64,000 nt of DNA from Candidatus Bathyarchaeota archaeon (GCA_963827165.1 CAWGZR010000012.1:1-64000); one strand, 5' to 3'. Counted from the stretch's first letter, positions 20,816 to 30,144 are shown. Program-made: numbers and translations. The notes: generated by a model not told the origin, from the letters alone.

Positions 20816-21388
20816 TTAGAAAAGCCCTTTAACTTTGGTTTTTTGCTTGGTTAAGAAAACTGCGAAACCAGTCACTGCGACCGCCATGAACATCAACGTT
20901 ATTGTTAAGGGAAACTCCGGAACAGTTGATTGTACTACGACTTTTCCATACATGCCAAGTGCAATGTGTCCGGGGAATGTGCATACGTAGTAGAAGTTGC
21001 CTGTTTGGGTAGGAGTGAATTCGACTGATCCTGAACTTCCTACGGGGATGTAATTAGTTAAGTCGATGCCTGCTTCCCATAGTGGTGAAGTACTTGCTGT
21101 TTCGGATGTTGTGATTTCCCATGAGTGTAACATGCCCATATTACTTACGTTGTAAACAGTCATGTTATAGGTTGTGCCGTCTACAAGTGTGAGAGTTGGC
21201 CCAGGCGAAGTAATTGAGCTTGCGCTGTTTCCGAAGCCATAAGCGCTTGATGATACTTCTCCAGCATACATCGTTAACTGTGTGACACTTTGCGCTTTAA
21301 CTGGTACTGTGAAAGCTGATATTAGCCCGATAGTGAGTGCAATTGAAAAAATAATGGCCAATGCTAAACTTTTTCTCCTTGAAAACAT
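20816..21388 (-). CDS. Secreted blue (type 1) copper protein, sulfocyanin/rusticyanin-like, with PEF-CTERM anchor
   Basis: Signal peptide; His (LHSW) plus CTFPGHIALGM ligands; C-terminal VPEF, TM helix and basic tail. Confidence 0.88.
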   Translation of the reverse strand: MFSRRKSLALAIIFSIALTIGLISAFTVPVKAQSVTQLTMYAGEVSSSAYGFGNSASSITSPGPTLTLVDGTTYNMTVYNVSNMGMLHSWEITTSETASTSPLWEAGIDLTNYIPVGSSGSVEFTPTQTGNFYYVCTFPGHIALGMYGKVVVQSTVPEFPLTITLMFMAVAVTGFAVFLTKQKTKVKGLF

Positions 21389-21459
21389 TTAAAATGCCTC
21401 GAAGTATCCTAGCGTTAACTATGTTTAAAAGGTTTTCTGTGATGGTTGAAACTCGCAGG

Positions 21460-22338
21460 TTAAACTAACAATAATTTATCGATCACTAAAGCAAACATTA
21501 AACATGCTAGATAGGGAATTGAAGCAAGAAAGACTTTGAAAGCGTACGTTTCTTGACTTGAAAAAAGTAAACCTCGATTTTGAAACAGAAAGGCACCTCC
21601 GGCAACCGTTGCAATGCCTAAGTAGATGAACCCGGTTAAATGAAAAATGAAGAGTAGGAATGAAAAAGCCACCGTCAAAACGTTCAACCAGAAAACGACC
21701 TTCGAAGCCTTGGCCACGCCGACCTTTACAGGCAACATAGGAATTCCAGCGTTTTTGTAATCATTTATTTTTTTAATGGCGAGTCCCCAAAGGTGGCCTG
21801 GTGTCCAAAGAAAATCAAGCGTGGCAACAAGCAGAGGCAGCAGACTTATGCTGTTGGCTGCTGCTGTCCAGCCGGCCAGTGCAGCAAAGCAGCCGGCGAA
21901 GCCTCCTATAACGACATTCCAAGGGCTGGCGCGCTTTAGCCAAGCAGTGTATATTATTAAGTAAAAGACGGCCCCGAGCGCAACCATTACAAAAGTCAAC
22001 AGGTTAAACAGCAAGTATGAAAGGGTAAAGCTGGCCGAAATCATTGCTAATCCAAAAATCAGCGCTTTATTTGACGCCACTTCACCAGCTGGAATCGCCC
22101 TCCTCGCGGTCCGTGACATCAATTTGTCGATGTCTTTATCGTAAAAGCTGTTTAAGACGCCGCAGCCGCCCGCAGCCAAGTAGCCTACAGCGGCGAACAA
22201 GACAAGTTTAAACCATGTGATGGCTGGAAACGCTGCAAGAACAAAGCAGGTAACGCCGACAAACAAGTTTAACAGCGTTACCTTGGGCTTCGTAAGTTGA
22301 AAATACTTGTTTATTTTCTGGTTCATAATTGGCTTCAC
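21460..22338 (-). CDS. ctaB: Protoheme IX farnesyltransferase (heme O synthase)
   Basis: LTKPKV, N..YDKDID.LM.RT..R.IPAG, YT.WLKR, WTPGHLW.LA, DY..AGIPMLPV. Confidence 0.95.
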   Translation of the reverse strand: MKPIMNQKINKYFQLTKPKVTLLNLFVGVTCFVLAAFPAITWFKLVLFAAVGYLAAGGCGVLNSFYDKDIDKLMSRTARRAIPAGEVASNKALIFGLAMISASFTLSYLLFNLLTFVMVALGAVFYLIIYTAWLKRASPWNVVIGGFAGCFAALAGWTAAANSISLLPLLVATLDFLWTPGHLWGLAIKKINDYKNAGIPMLPVKVGVAKASKVVFWLNVLTVAFSFLLFIFHLTGFIYLGIATVAGGAFLFQNRGLLFSSQETYAFKVFLASIPYLACLMFALVIDKLLLV

Positions 22339-22380
22339 TCAAATCTTTACGAGACGTAGACCCGATTTTTCGGAACGCGA

Positions 22381-22908
22381 CTAAGGAAAAGCTGGACCTG
22401 TCACCGAGCTAACCACAACTGCACCGTACATCCCAGCTGCAACATCCCCTGAAACAGGAGAAATATACCAATAGGTAAAAGCGGCGTTGTCAGGCGTAAA
22501 AATAACCGAACCTGCCTGACCCGGCTGAAGCGGATTGCTTGCTGAACCGACCACGGCGCTAAAAAGTGTGGGAGCTCCATCTTGGGGCATTGTGGTTATT
22601 GCAAATGCATGAGGCAGCTTTCCGACATTCACAACCGTAAGATTAACGACATCTGAGGTTGAAAAGCCAATGGTGGGTCCAGGCGACGTCAAGTTTGTTG
22701 GAGATGTGCCGAAGCCGAATTTGCCATTTGACAGCTCTCCCTCATAAAGCAGGATAACCACCTGTGTCTTGTTTGGACTGGAGTTTACCAATGGGGCCTG
22801 GAGATTAAAAATCAACATAGATGCGGCTCCTACAAGAAACGCTATGGCTAGAATTCCTATCAGAATAAGAGGCAAATGTGATTTGAAAGTGTTAGCCATG
22901 GCGGTCAC
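22381..22908 (-). CDS. Membrane-anchored cupredoxin-fold protein lacking the type-1 Cu Cys and second His
   Basis: Paralogous to 20816..21388 (LYEGE..FGFG....LTSPGPT); ligand loop reads ISPVSGDVAAGM. Confidence 0.7.
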   Translation of the reverse strand: MTAMANTFKSHLPLILIGILAIAFLVGAASMLIFNLQAPLVNSSPNKTQVVILLYEGELSNGKFGFGTSPTNLTSPGPTIGFSTSDVVNLTVVNVGKLPHAFAITTMPQDGAPTLFSAVVGSASNPLQPGQAGSVIFTPDNAAFTYWYISPVSGDVAAGMYGAVVVSSVTGPAFP

Positions 22909-23174
22909 AGCCCCATTGACATCGACATTATAGCTGCAACCATGAGGAAAATTATGCCTATAACGGCGGCTACGGGTAAGATGGCGAGCCGCCAGTCTTC
23001 GTAGCGCAGATGCTGATAGTACATAGCTATTGTTATGGCTTTTCCAGAAGAAATCAAGAGTATAATCACAACAAACAAAGACGCCGCTCCCGCTAAAGAC
23101 CGCGTTGCTACTTCAGCGACAGTTGCAACTACGAGCGCAAACCAAATTCCAACGTACATTTTCATTGTAGGCAT
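22905..23174 (-). CDS. Heme-copper oxidase subunit IV (CtaF/CyoD-like)
   Basis: Three TM helices, K...IAMYYQHLRYE motif, operon position. Confidence 0.85.
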   Translation of the reverse strand: MPTMKMYVGIWFALVVATVAEVATRSLAGAASLFVVIILLISSGKAITIAMYYQHLRYEDWRLAILPVAAVIGIIFLMVAAIMSMSMGL

Positions 23175-23184
23175 ATTTTTTCAC

Positions 23185-23958
23185 CTATATCAAATAGAAG
23201 AGTGGGAAAAGAAACATCCAGACAATATCGACAAAATGCCAGTACAAGCCAATATTCTCCACAGCGGAATGCTTCGTGCTGGTAAATCCGCCTCTAAAAG
23301 ATCTAAAAATAAGATATCCTACTCCAACTAACCCCCCTCCGACATGCACGGCATGAAGACCTGTCAACACAAAGTAAGTGGAGCCAGGCAAACCGCTGCT
23401 TATGGTGAAGCCGTTTCGATAATATTGGGGCCATTCAACTCCGAGCTTTATCACCAGAAAGGAAGCGCCTAAAACAAACGCGCTTACCAACCCGATTCTT
23501 AGACCTTTTATGTTGCCCGCTCTGATTGAGTAAAGCGCGTATACTATCGCCAAGCTGCTTGTAAGTAAGATAATGGTGTTACTCATCCCGAGGATGACAT
23601 CGTGCGTTTGAGTGGCAACAGGCCAAGAACTGCTGGAAAGTCGGACATAGGCGTACGCAACGATAAGTGATCCAAAAATCAGTATTTCAGACATTAGGAA
23701 AAGCCAGATCCCGAGTTTCTCTTTACTTAAAAACTCAAGAGGCCACTTTTCTTCAAGAGATTCTTTGAATTCAGCAAATTTTTCATTAGCGCCCTCTTTG
23801 AACAGCATGAACACTGCTGCACCAATAACTACTGCTCCCGCTATGGCGAGCGGCAGGAAAACTACAATCCCAAAAAGCACCAAAGCAATTCCTGCACCAA
23901 GTATTATTGGCGTGTAGCTAGATTTGCGTTCTTCAGGTTTCCCATAATCTTCAGTCAA
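23185..23958 (-). CDS. coxC: Heme-copper oxidase subunit III
   Basis: [41 protein letters not shown]. Confidence 0.93.
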   Translation of the reverse strand: MTEDYGKPEERKSSYTPIILGAGIALVLFGIVVFLPLAIAGAVVIGAAVFMLFKEGANEKFAEFKESLEEKWPLEFLSKEKLGIWLFLMSEILIFGSLIVAYAYVRLSSSSWPVATQTHDVILGMSNTIILLTSSLAIVYALYSIRAGNIKGLRIGLVSAFVLGASFLVIKLGVEWPQYYRNGFTISSGLPGSTYFVLTGLHAVHVGGGLVGVGYLIFRSFRGGFTSTKHSAVENIGLYWHFVDIVWMFLFPLFYLI

Positions 23959-25634
23959 TTTTCAGCCCCCGAATTTTTCCTTAGAGCACTAGATTTGTCT
24001 GCCGCTTCAGCTGAAGTTCCGTTTGGTGGTGTGCAATGCCCCGTCATGCACCAGTACCATCGGCTAGATCGCGTATTGCCTGGCGGATCAACCGAAGTCT
24101 CCGTAATCGCCGCCGAATTCGGCATTGCCAGTGACCCACGGTAATCGCCTGTCCACTCTAATTCTCTTCCTTCCCACGGATTAGAGACTGAGGTTGGGGG
24201 TTTTCTTAAACTTAAAATAAGGTTTAAAACCGCCAATGCAGCTGCTGGTCCGAATATGTATGCGCCGATGGTTGCGGTTAAATTTGAAGTTGCTAATCCT
24301 GAGGTTGTAGTGTAAGTAGATATTCTTCTTGGCATGTCCAACATGAAGAAGTATGGAAGATAGAGAATGTTGAATCCCGCGAAGGAGACAATGAAAGTTA
24401 TGACGCCCCATTTTTCGCTGTATTGCCTTTTAGTTATTTTTGGCCACCAATAGTAAAGACCGGCAATGAGTGCAAATAGAGTGGTTCCAGCCATTACGTA
24501 ATGAAAGTGACCGACAATCCAGTAGGTTCCGCTAAAAGCGTAGTCTAAAACTGGAAAGGCCTGCAAGACGCCAGTGATGCCGCCTAGAGTTACAGTAAAT
24601 ATGGCGGCTAAGCAGTACAACATGGGAGTGTTCAACTTTATGTTGCTTTTGTAAAGTGTAAGGACTAGCGCTAGAACCACTCCTTCGAAAGGTACGGAAA
24701 TTGCAAGAGTGGTGAAAGAAAATGTTTGCAACACGCTGTAGTTTACGCCTGTTGTAAACATGTGATGCATCCAAACGCCAACGCTCAGAAAGGTTACGAG
24801 CGCAAATTCGACAAGAAATGCTGTTCTTGAGAATATGGGCCTCTTTGCAAAAGTTTGGAAAACTTCTGCGATTACGCCCAGGGCGGGAAAAACCACAATG
24901 TAAACTTCGGGGTGACCGAAAAACCAGAAAAGCTCATCCCATAAAATGCCTCCGCCCTGACTTGAGCTAAAGAAGACGGTGCCCAGAAATCTATCGCTTG
25001 AAAGCAGTATTAAGCCTCCGGCTAGGGGCGGGAACGCGAAAATCGCTAGTGCCATCGTGAAAAGAATCGACCAAGTGAATATTGGTAGTCGCCTCCACGT
25101 CACCCCTTTGGCTCGATTTCTCACGATTGTCGTGATAAAATTAATTGAGCCCATAGTTACGGAGAGAGAGAAAAGTACTAAAGCTAATACGGCCAGGGTC
25201 ATTCCTGCTTGGGACGTAAATTCTATTGTGTTAAGAGGTGCATAGAGCGTCCAGCCGGTGTTGGGTCCACCACCAGGCAAAAATACAGTGCTGACAAGCA
25301 TTATGCCACTGAATAGGTACGTCCAGTAGCTTAAGGCGTTCATGCGTGGGAAAGCTAGGTCTTTTGCGCCGATTTGCAGCGGCACAATATAGTTCGCTAT
25401 CCCGACGCCTAGGGGCGTAAGAACCCACAGTATCATTAACAAGCCGTGGAGAGTCACGGTTTGGTCGTATGTGAAGGGGGAGAGGAAATTGTTGTTTGGA
25501 ACAGCAAGCTGTGTTCTCATCATTTCCCCAAATGAACCGGCAACTGCCATGAAAAATATGGCAGTCACGATGTAAAGGATGCCTATCTGCTTATGATTGG
25601 TTGTACTTAACCACTCTTTTATTGAAAATACGAT
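23955..25634 (-). CDS. coxA: Heme-copper oxygen reductase subunit I (A1-type motif); start codon uncertain
   Basis: [47 protein letters not shown]; all six His ligands present. Confidence 0.96.
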   Translation of the reverse strand: MVFSIKEWLSTTNHKQIGILYIVTAIFFMAVAGSFGEMMRTQLAVPNNNFLSPFTYDQTVTLHGLLMILWVLTPLGVGIANYIVPLQIGAKDLAFPRMNALSYWTYLFSGIMLVSTVFLPGGGPNTGWTLYAPLNTIEFTSQAGMTLAVLALVLFSLSVTMGSINFITTIVRNRAKGVTWRRLPIFTWSILFTMALAIFAFPPLAGGLILLSSDRFLGTVFFSSSQGGGILWDELFWFFGHPEVYIVVFPALGVIAEVFQTFAKRPIFSRTAFLVEFALVTFLSVGVWMHHMFTTGVNYSVLQTFSFTTLAISVPFEGVVLALVLTLYKSNIKLNTPMLYCLAAIFTVTLGGITGVLQAFPVLDYAFSGTYWIVGHFHYVMAGTTLFALIAGLYYWWPKITKRQYSEKWGVITFIVSFAGFNILYLPYFFMLDMPRRISTYTTTSGLATSNLTATIGAYIFGPAAALAVLNLILSLRKPPTSVSNPWEGRELEWTGDYRGSLAMPNSAAITETSVDPPGNTRSSRWYWCMTGHCTPPNGTSAEAADKSSALRKNSGAEN

Positions 25635-25639
25635 AGTTC

Positions 25640-26314
25640 TTAGCCTCCTGTCGTTGTTGCGTTTGTTGGCATTTGGCTGGCAAGCCACTGGTTATACGCG
25701 GTTTGACTCATCACCGTCATGGTTGCATCCATGAAAGTGTGGCCAATTCCGCAAAGTTCCTTGCATTCGATATTGTAGGTCCACTCCTGGTTTCCCGTCG
25801 CAATTGGCGTGGTCACCCATATTACGTTGTATCTACCAGGGATTGCCTCTATACTTACCCTGAACTGAACCAAGTACAAGTTGTGCATTACATCAGTGCT
25901 CGTGACGTTGAACATCACTGTTGTGTTTCCCGGTAGGTTCAGTTGATCTAGTGTGTTTACGCCGTCTGGGTATCCAAATCTGAAAGCCCATTGAAAAGCA
26001 GTTACATCAATCACTAAGCCTTTAGAGGCCCCAGCGGGTTCAAAACGCGCATTAGGAGTAAGTTGATAGGACGCTACGACCAGACTGACTAAGATTATGA
26101 TGGAAATCGTGGCAAAAATCATGTTTTCTCTGGCCCGACCTTTTTTGAAACCGAAGTCTGGAATAAATTTGGGCTGACCTTTTTGTTCTCGGTACCTAAC
26201 CATAAAAAAAATCATTGCCCCAATGACAATTGCCAGAGCAATTAACGCTATGGCCGCTGCTAGATCAAAGAAATGATTCCAACCTGAAGCCGAAATAGGT
26301 ACGGGTTGCGACAC
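25640..26314 (-). CDS. coxB: Heme-copper oxidase subunit II with CuA centre
   Basis: Two TM helices, FQWAFRF.Y, STDVMH, CKELCGIGHTFM; no CxxCH. Confidence 0.93.
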   Translation of the reverse strand: MSQPVPISASGWNHFFDLAAAIALIALAIVIGAMIFFMVRYREQKGQPKFIPDFGFKKGRARENMIFATISIIILVSLVVASYQLTPNARFEPAGASKGLVIDVTAFQWAFRFGYPDGVNTLDQLNLPGNTTVMFNVTSTDVMHNLYLVQFRVSIEAIPGRYNVIWVTTPIATGNQEWTYNIECKELCGIGHTFMDATMTVMSQTAYNQWLASQMPTNATTTGG

Positions 26315-26704
26315 GATTAATCTCCTTTTTCAAAAAGCGTAAAACCAAACGTCAGGATAACGGCCCAAATAAACACGTCCAAGCCGCCGCTCACGCCGCA
26401 TTCCCAGTTTTATGGGTCTGTATTACTTCATGGAAGTAATAGCTATCTGCTTGAGATGGCCTAGTTATAGTGAGGTACAGTGAGGTTCTGTTTTCTATAA
26501 TTTGTGCTGCCATTTCATTTTCTCCAAAATCCACACACAATAACTAAACTCAAAATTCAGCGGTTTAAAGTTGTGTTGGTGACACGGTACAGTCACAAGT
26601 AAGGGGTTGCTAACTTGGTGTTGATGTCTAAGCCGCTTGCAATAATGAAAAAAGTGAGCCGAACCCATGTAAAGTTCGCACTCAAGTGAATAGTGGATGG
26701 TCTG

Positions 26705-27067
26705 CTAGTTCTTAGAAGTGGCTTTCGCGTCTGTCTTTCCCGTTGATTTTAGTTGATTGCGTATTATGAGAAAGACTATTGCCAATAGCGCGATGCCAAT
26801 TATAGCCGAAATAATACCATTCACTATCCAGGCTAGCCATGCAGGGACGAACATCATCCAATATTTCAGCGAACCGATAATTATGAAGATAGATGCTGTT
26901 CCGATGAAGGAAGATGCAGTAGCCACCAGAATCATTGTAATTATTGATATTACAAGGAGTTTTTTGAGTCGTGCTTTGGCAGCAGCTTCCATTTTATGCA
27001 GGTATTCTATGACGGCAGCTTTTATTTCGTCTAGGAAATCTTCGACGGTTTTCTTGGTCGATGACAT
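26705..27067 (-). CDS. Small two-TM membrane protein, function unknown
   Basis: Amphipathic N-terminus followed by two hydrophobic helices. Confidence 0.55.
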   Translation of the reverse strand: MSSTKKTVEDFLDEIKAAVIEYLHKMEAAAKARLKKLLVISIITMILVATASSFIGTASIFIIIGSLKYWMMFVPAWLAWIVNGIISAIIGIALLAIVFLIIRNQLKSTGKTDAKATSKN

Positions 27068-27129
27068 ATAATCACCTTTCTAACCTTTGTCTGGCTTGGA
27101 TGTCGCGTTGGAAACAATCGTGAATCACT

Positions 27130-28794
27130 CTATTTCTTGTGAAACTTTGCGATCTCTTTAGAAATCAAAAGTTCATCTATGCGTAGCATGAGCGCTGAAA
27201 CTTCGTAGCCCCTTCGGATGATGGAACGTTTTACTCTTGCGGGTTCAAGGCATACCCCTTCTTCACAGCCATGCTCCGCCACGCCGCAGTTGCAAGACCC
27301 ATCTGCATGGCGCCTGCCAAGCTCAAGCATTGTATCTCCAGGGTTCAAACCATAATTTTCCGCTAAACATCTTGGTGCCTCCATTAACGCGTCTGCAAAG
27401 AATTCAATGGGGATCTGTTCTCTGCCCGAAAATGATTTGGCGTATCTTTTGAGTTCCTGGGCTATCTCCGTTTCTGTTGCGCCTGCACCTGGCAAAACCC
27501 TGCTGTCTTCGCCCAGGAGCTTAAGAATGGTTAGGCTGTTTCGGATGGCAGCTTCCAACTCATCTATCGCCTGAGGCGTAGATCCTCTTAACATAAAAGT
27601 TGACCCATTGCAGCCCTGAACTGTCACGATTTTTTCCGAGCCTATTTGCTCAGCGCAGAGTTCATCAGCAACTCCCAAGTCTCCTTCTGAAAGCTGAGAA
27701 AGCTTCCCAACGATTCTAGCGCCAGTAGCCTCAGAGACTGCTTCTGTATCCTTTTTATCAACTCTATCCAAAGCAAAAATGCCCTGGGCCACTAAATAGT
27801 CCTTCAAATTCGCTTCAAGAAGCTGCTCACACAACAAAACGTTGGCTTTAAGCTCAACAAGCTTTTTTAGTGGCTCCAGCTTCAGACGAGTCTCAGTTTC
27901 CTTGTAAGCCGCTAATTGATCCGCATTTTTGATGTTTAGCCTAATTGGGGTCGGTCCTTCACCTTTCATTTTGAGCTCCAACCGATTTATCCCAGGTTTC
28001 TCACTTGAAATGGCAATTCGAAGGGCATGAAGTCGGTCAGGCATATTCGGATGAGCTTTTTCCTTTTTTAAAACAACTCCATTAATTAAGACTGACTCTT
28101 CGACGCAGCAACCTGGCTTTTTTAGAAATCTGACATTGTCCTTGTCGAATTTCCCTTCGGAAGACGCAGATTTGTATGCTTGCATAATCATCGAGAGTAT
28201 TGGTTGGGTTAAAAGGCCTCTTTTGCAGTCCACGATATTCAAGATGTCGCTATTTACGCTGTTCAATTTGGTTGCATTTTTGTCTATTATTTCCAGTGCC
28301 TTTTTATGAGCCAAATTGTAGCCATGGACGATTGTGTTGGGGTGAATTTTCATGTTTAGGAGTTCATCTGCCTTTTTTAGTAGAGCTGACAAGAAAACTA
28401 CGAAAGAAGCTACTCCGTCACCCGCTTCTTCCCGATGCATTTTGGCGGCTTCAGCAACTATTGTTGCAGGCGGATACAATATTGCCAACTCATCCAAAAT
28501 TGCAATAGGGTCCTTGGTCACTTTGACAACTTCTTCAGGACCACGATTATACGCAATGAGCTTGTATGCGCCTTTGGGACCTAATGTGCTTCGCACCTTG
28601 TCCGCTGCAAAAACGGCTAAGCGCAGGTTATCGCGCCAAGTGTCTTTTCCGGTCTTGCGTTCAATATGCTTAGAAATCACAGAATTTTTAGTAATAATGT
28701 TCTGCATTACATAACCTACGTGGCACCACTCGCTGTTTTGCATGGTTGGAAAACAGGGAGGTCTGCGCATACTTGCTTCGCTTTCAAGGCTCAT
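27130..28794 (-). CDS. Divergent group II chaperonin (TCP-1/thermosome family); start uncertain
   Basis: STLGPKG, GDG motif, LRG, PGAGATE, EP..VK, LRIDELL. Confidence 0.85.
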   Translation of the reverse strand: MSLESEASMRRPPCFPTMQNSEWCHVGYVMQNIITKNSVISKHIERKTGKDTWRDNLRLAVFAADKVRSTLGPKGAYKLIAYNRGPEEVVKVTKDPIAILDELAILYPPATIVAEAAKMHREEAGDGVASFVVFLSALLKKADELLNMKIHPNTIVHGYNLAHKKALEIIDKNATKLNSVNSDILNIVDCKRGLLTQPILSMIMQAYKSASSEGKFDKDNVRFLKKPGCCVEESVLINGVVLKKEKAHPNMPDRLHALRIAISSEKPGINRLELKMKGEGPTPIRLNIKNADQLAAYKETETRLKLEPLKKLVELKANVLLCEQLLEANLKDYLVAQGIFALDRVDKKDTEAVSEATGARIVGKLSQLSEGDLGVADELCAEQIGSEKIVTVQGCNGSTFMLRGSTPQAIDELEAAIRNSLTILKLLGEDSRVLPGAGATETEIAQELKRYAKSFSGREQIPIEFFADALMEAPRCLAENYGLNPGDTMLELGRRHADGSCNCGVAEHGCEEGVCLEPARVKRSIIRRGYEVSALMLRIDELLISKEIAKFHKK

Positions 28795-28965
28795 AAAACT
28801 AAGTGGTTGTTACAATACAACAACAACCGAGAGAGAGCGAGTGAAGCAACCGTTCTTTCCTAGGGTTTCCTAGGGTTTCTAACAAAATTTTCTCTAAACA
28901 ATATCTTACGCTCAGAGAGTTCAAAAGGGGAGAAACAGTTCAATAAAAATGGTGTGGGATGGGTG

Positions 28966-29544
28966 CTAAACGTATTTTTTGTCGTTGTAGCAGTACCATC
29001 TGCTGTACTGTGGTATCCATGTGAGTGGCTTATTGCATGTTGGGCATAACGGTGGGGTGGATTGTTTCGCAGGTGTTTGCTGTGTCGATTCATCTTTGAA
29101 TACTTCTTCCCAATCGCCCTCTGGATTAACATATTTCTTGTCAGTGTAGCAGTACCATCGCTTATACTGAGGAATCCAAGTAAGCGGCTGATTACATGTT
29201 GGGCAAAGCGGTTGCGCAGACTGTTTTTTAGGTTCCGCCTGCGGGGTTTGCTTCATCGGTTCCGACTGAACAACTTGGGTTTCTTCTGTCTTTGCGCATT
29301 CACCTTTGTTGCCCCCCGAAAACTGAGGCTTCAACAAAATGAAATCCGCGGCAGCTTGGATATCTTGCCACTGGATGCATTGGATTTCCCCCTCTGCGTT
29401 TTCCACTGAGAGCGAAATACCGAGCTCTCCAACGACAAAAGCGACATCCTTAACTTTTCCAACTAAATTTCCCTGTGAATCGATTACCTGCATTGAGACG
29501 AGTGCATTTTTAGTTAGAGGTTTATCCGTTTTAGCCATCTTCAT
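28966..29544 (-). CDS. PRC-barrel protein with two C-terminal zinc-ribbon-like repeats
   Basis: QVIDSQGNLVGKVKDV...WQDIQAAADFILLK; twice PLCPTCNxPLTWIPQYxRWYCY. Confidence 0.8.
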   Translation of the reverse strand: MKMAKTDKPLTKNALVSMQVIDSQGNLVGKVKDVAFVVGELGISLSVENAEGEIQCIQWQDIQAAADFILLKPQFSGGNKGECAKTEETQVVQSEPMKQTPQAEPKKQSAQPLCPTCNQPLTWIPQYKRWYCYTDKKYVNPEGDWEEVFKDESTQQTPAKQSTPPLCPTCNKPLTWIPQYSRWYCYNDKKYV

Positions 29545-29592
29545 ACAACCATACTGTGAATAGTAGTCAACTTGTTTAAAGAATTTTCGTTA

Positions 29593-30144
29593 TTAACTCG
29601 AAAGATGCTGTGAATCCAGATTGGTAGGGATTTCCCAGTAGCTAATGATGTCGCCCTTTACCCATTTGCCGCCTAAACTTCTCACAACCTCGTTAATGTC
29701 TTCCCACTCAGCCTTCAAAAACTGAATAGGCTTAACCACAACGCAGTCATCCTTAACTTGGAAGCTCAGCAACTTGCGCTGGTCTGGGCTGAACTCGTTT
29801 TCCCACTTCGTTGTTGCGGCCTTGGTCAGCTGTACGGATTGGGCGGGTTTCGTTATTGCAGGCTTCCCTTCAAGCTTTGGTTCGACTTTTAAGGTTGCCA
29901 TAGACTTGGGAGCTGCCTTTGTCTCGACGGTTTTTGTAAGCTTCCACTCGGGCGCAGGGCAGCCTTCGGCGATATCCTCGAAAGTTTCGCTTCTAACAAT
30001 TGCCTGCACCTGCCTAGTGAATAAGTCAAATTTCAAATCTAACAATTCGGCGTCAGAGGGCATGTTTGAAGCGAAAGCGGAGGCTTCTCCATGCATCAGC
30101 TTCATGAGTTGTTCTGGAGTTAGTTTGATCACTTTGATTTTCAT
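29593..30144 (-). CDS. Hypothetical protein
   Basis: 183-aa ORF, two globular-looking segments joined by a K/P/T-rich linker. Confidence 0.6.
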   Translation of the reverse strand: MKIKVIKLTPEQLMKLMHGEASAFASNMPSDAELLDLKFDLFTRQVQAIVRSETFEDIAEGCPAPEWKLTKTVETKAAPKSMATLKVEPKLEGKPAITKPAQSVQLTKAATTKWENEFSPDQRKLLSFQVKDDCVVVKPIQFLKAEWEDINEVVRSLGGKWVKGDIISYWEIPTNLDSQHLSS

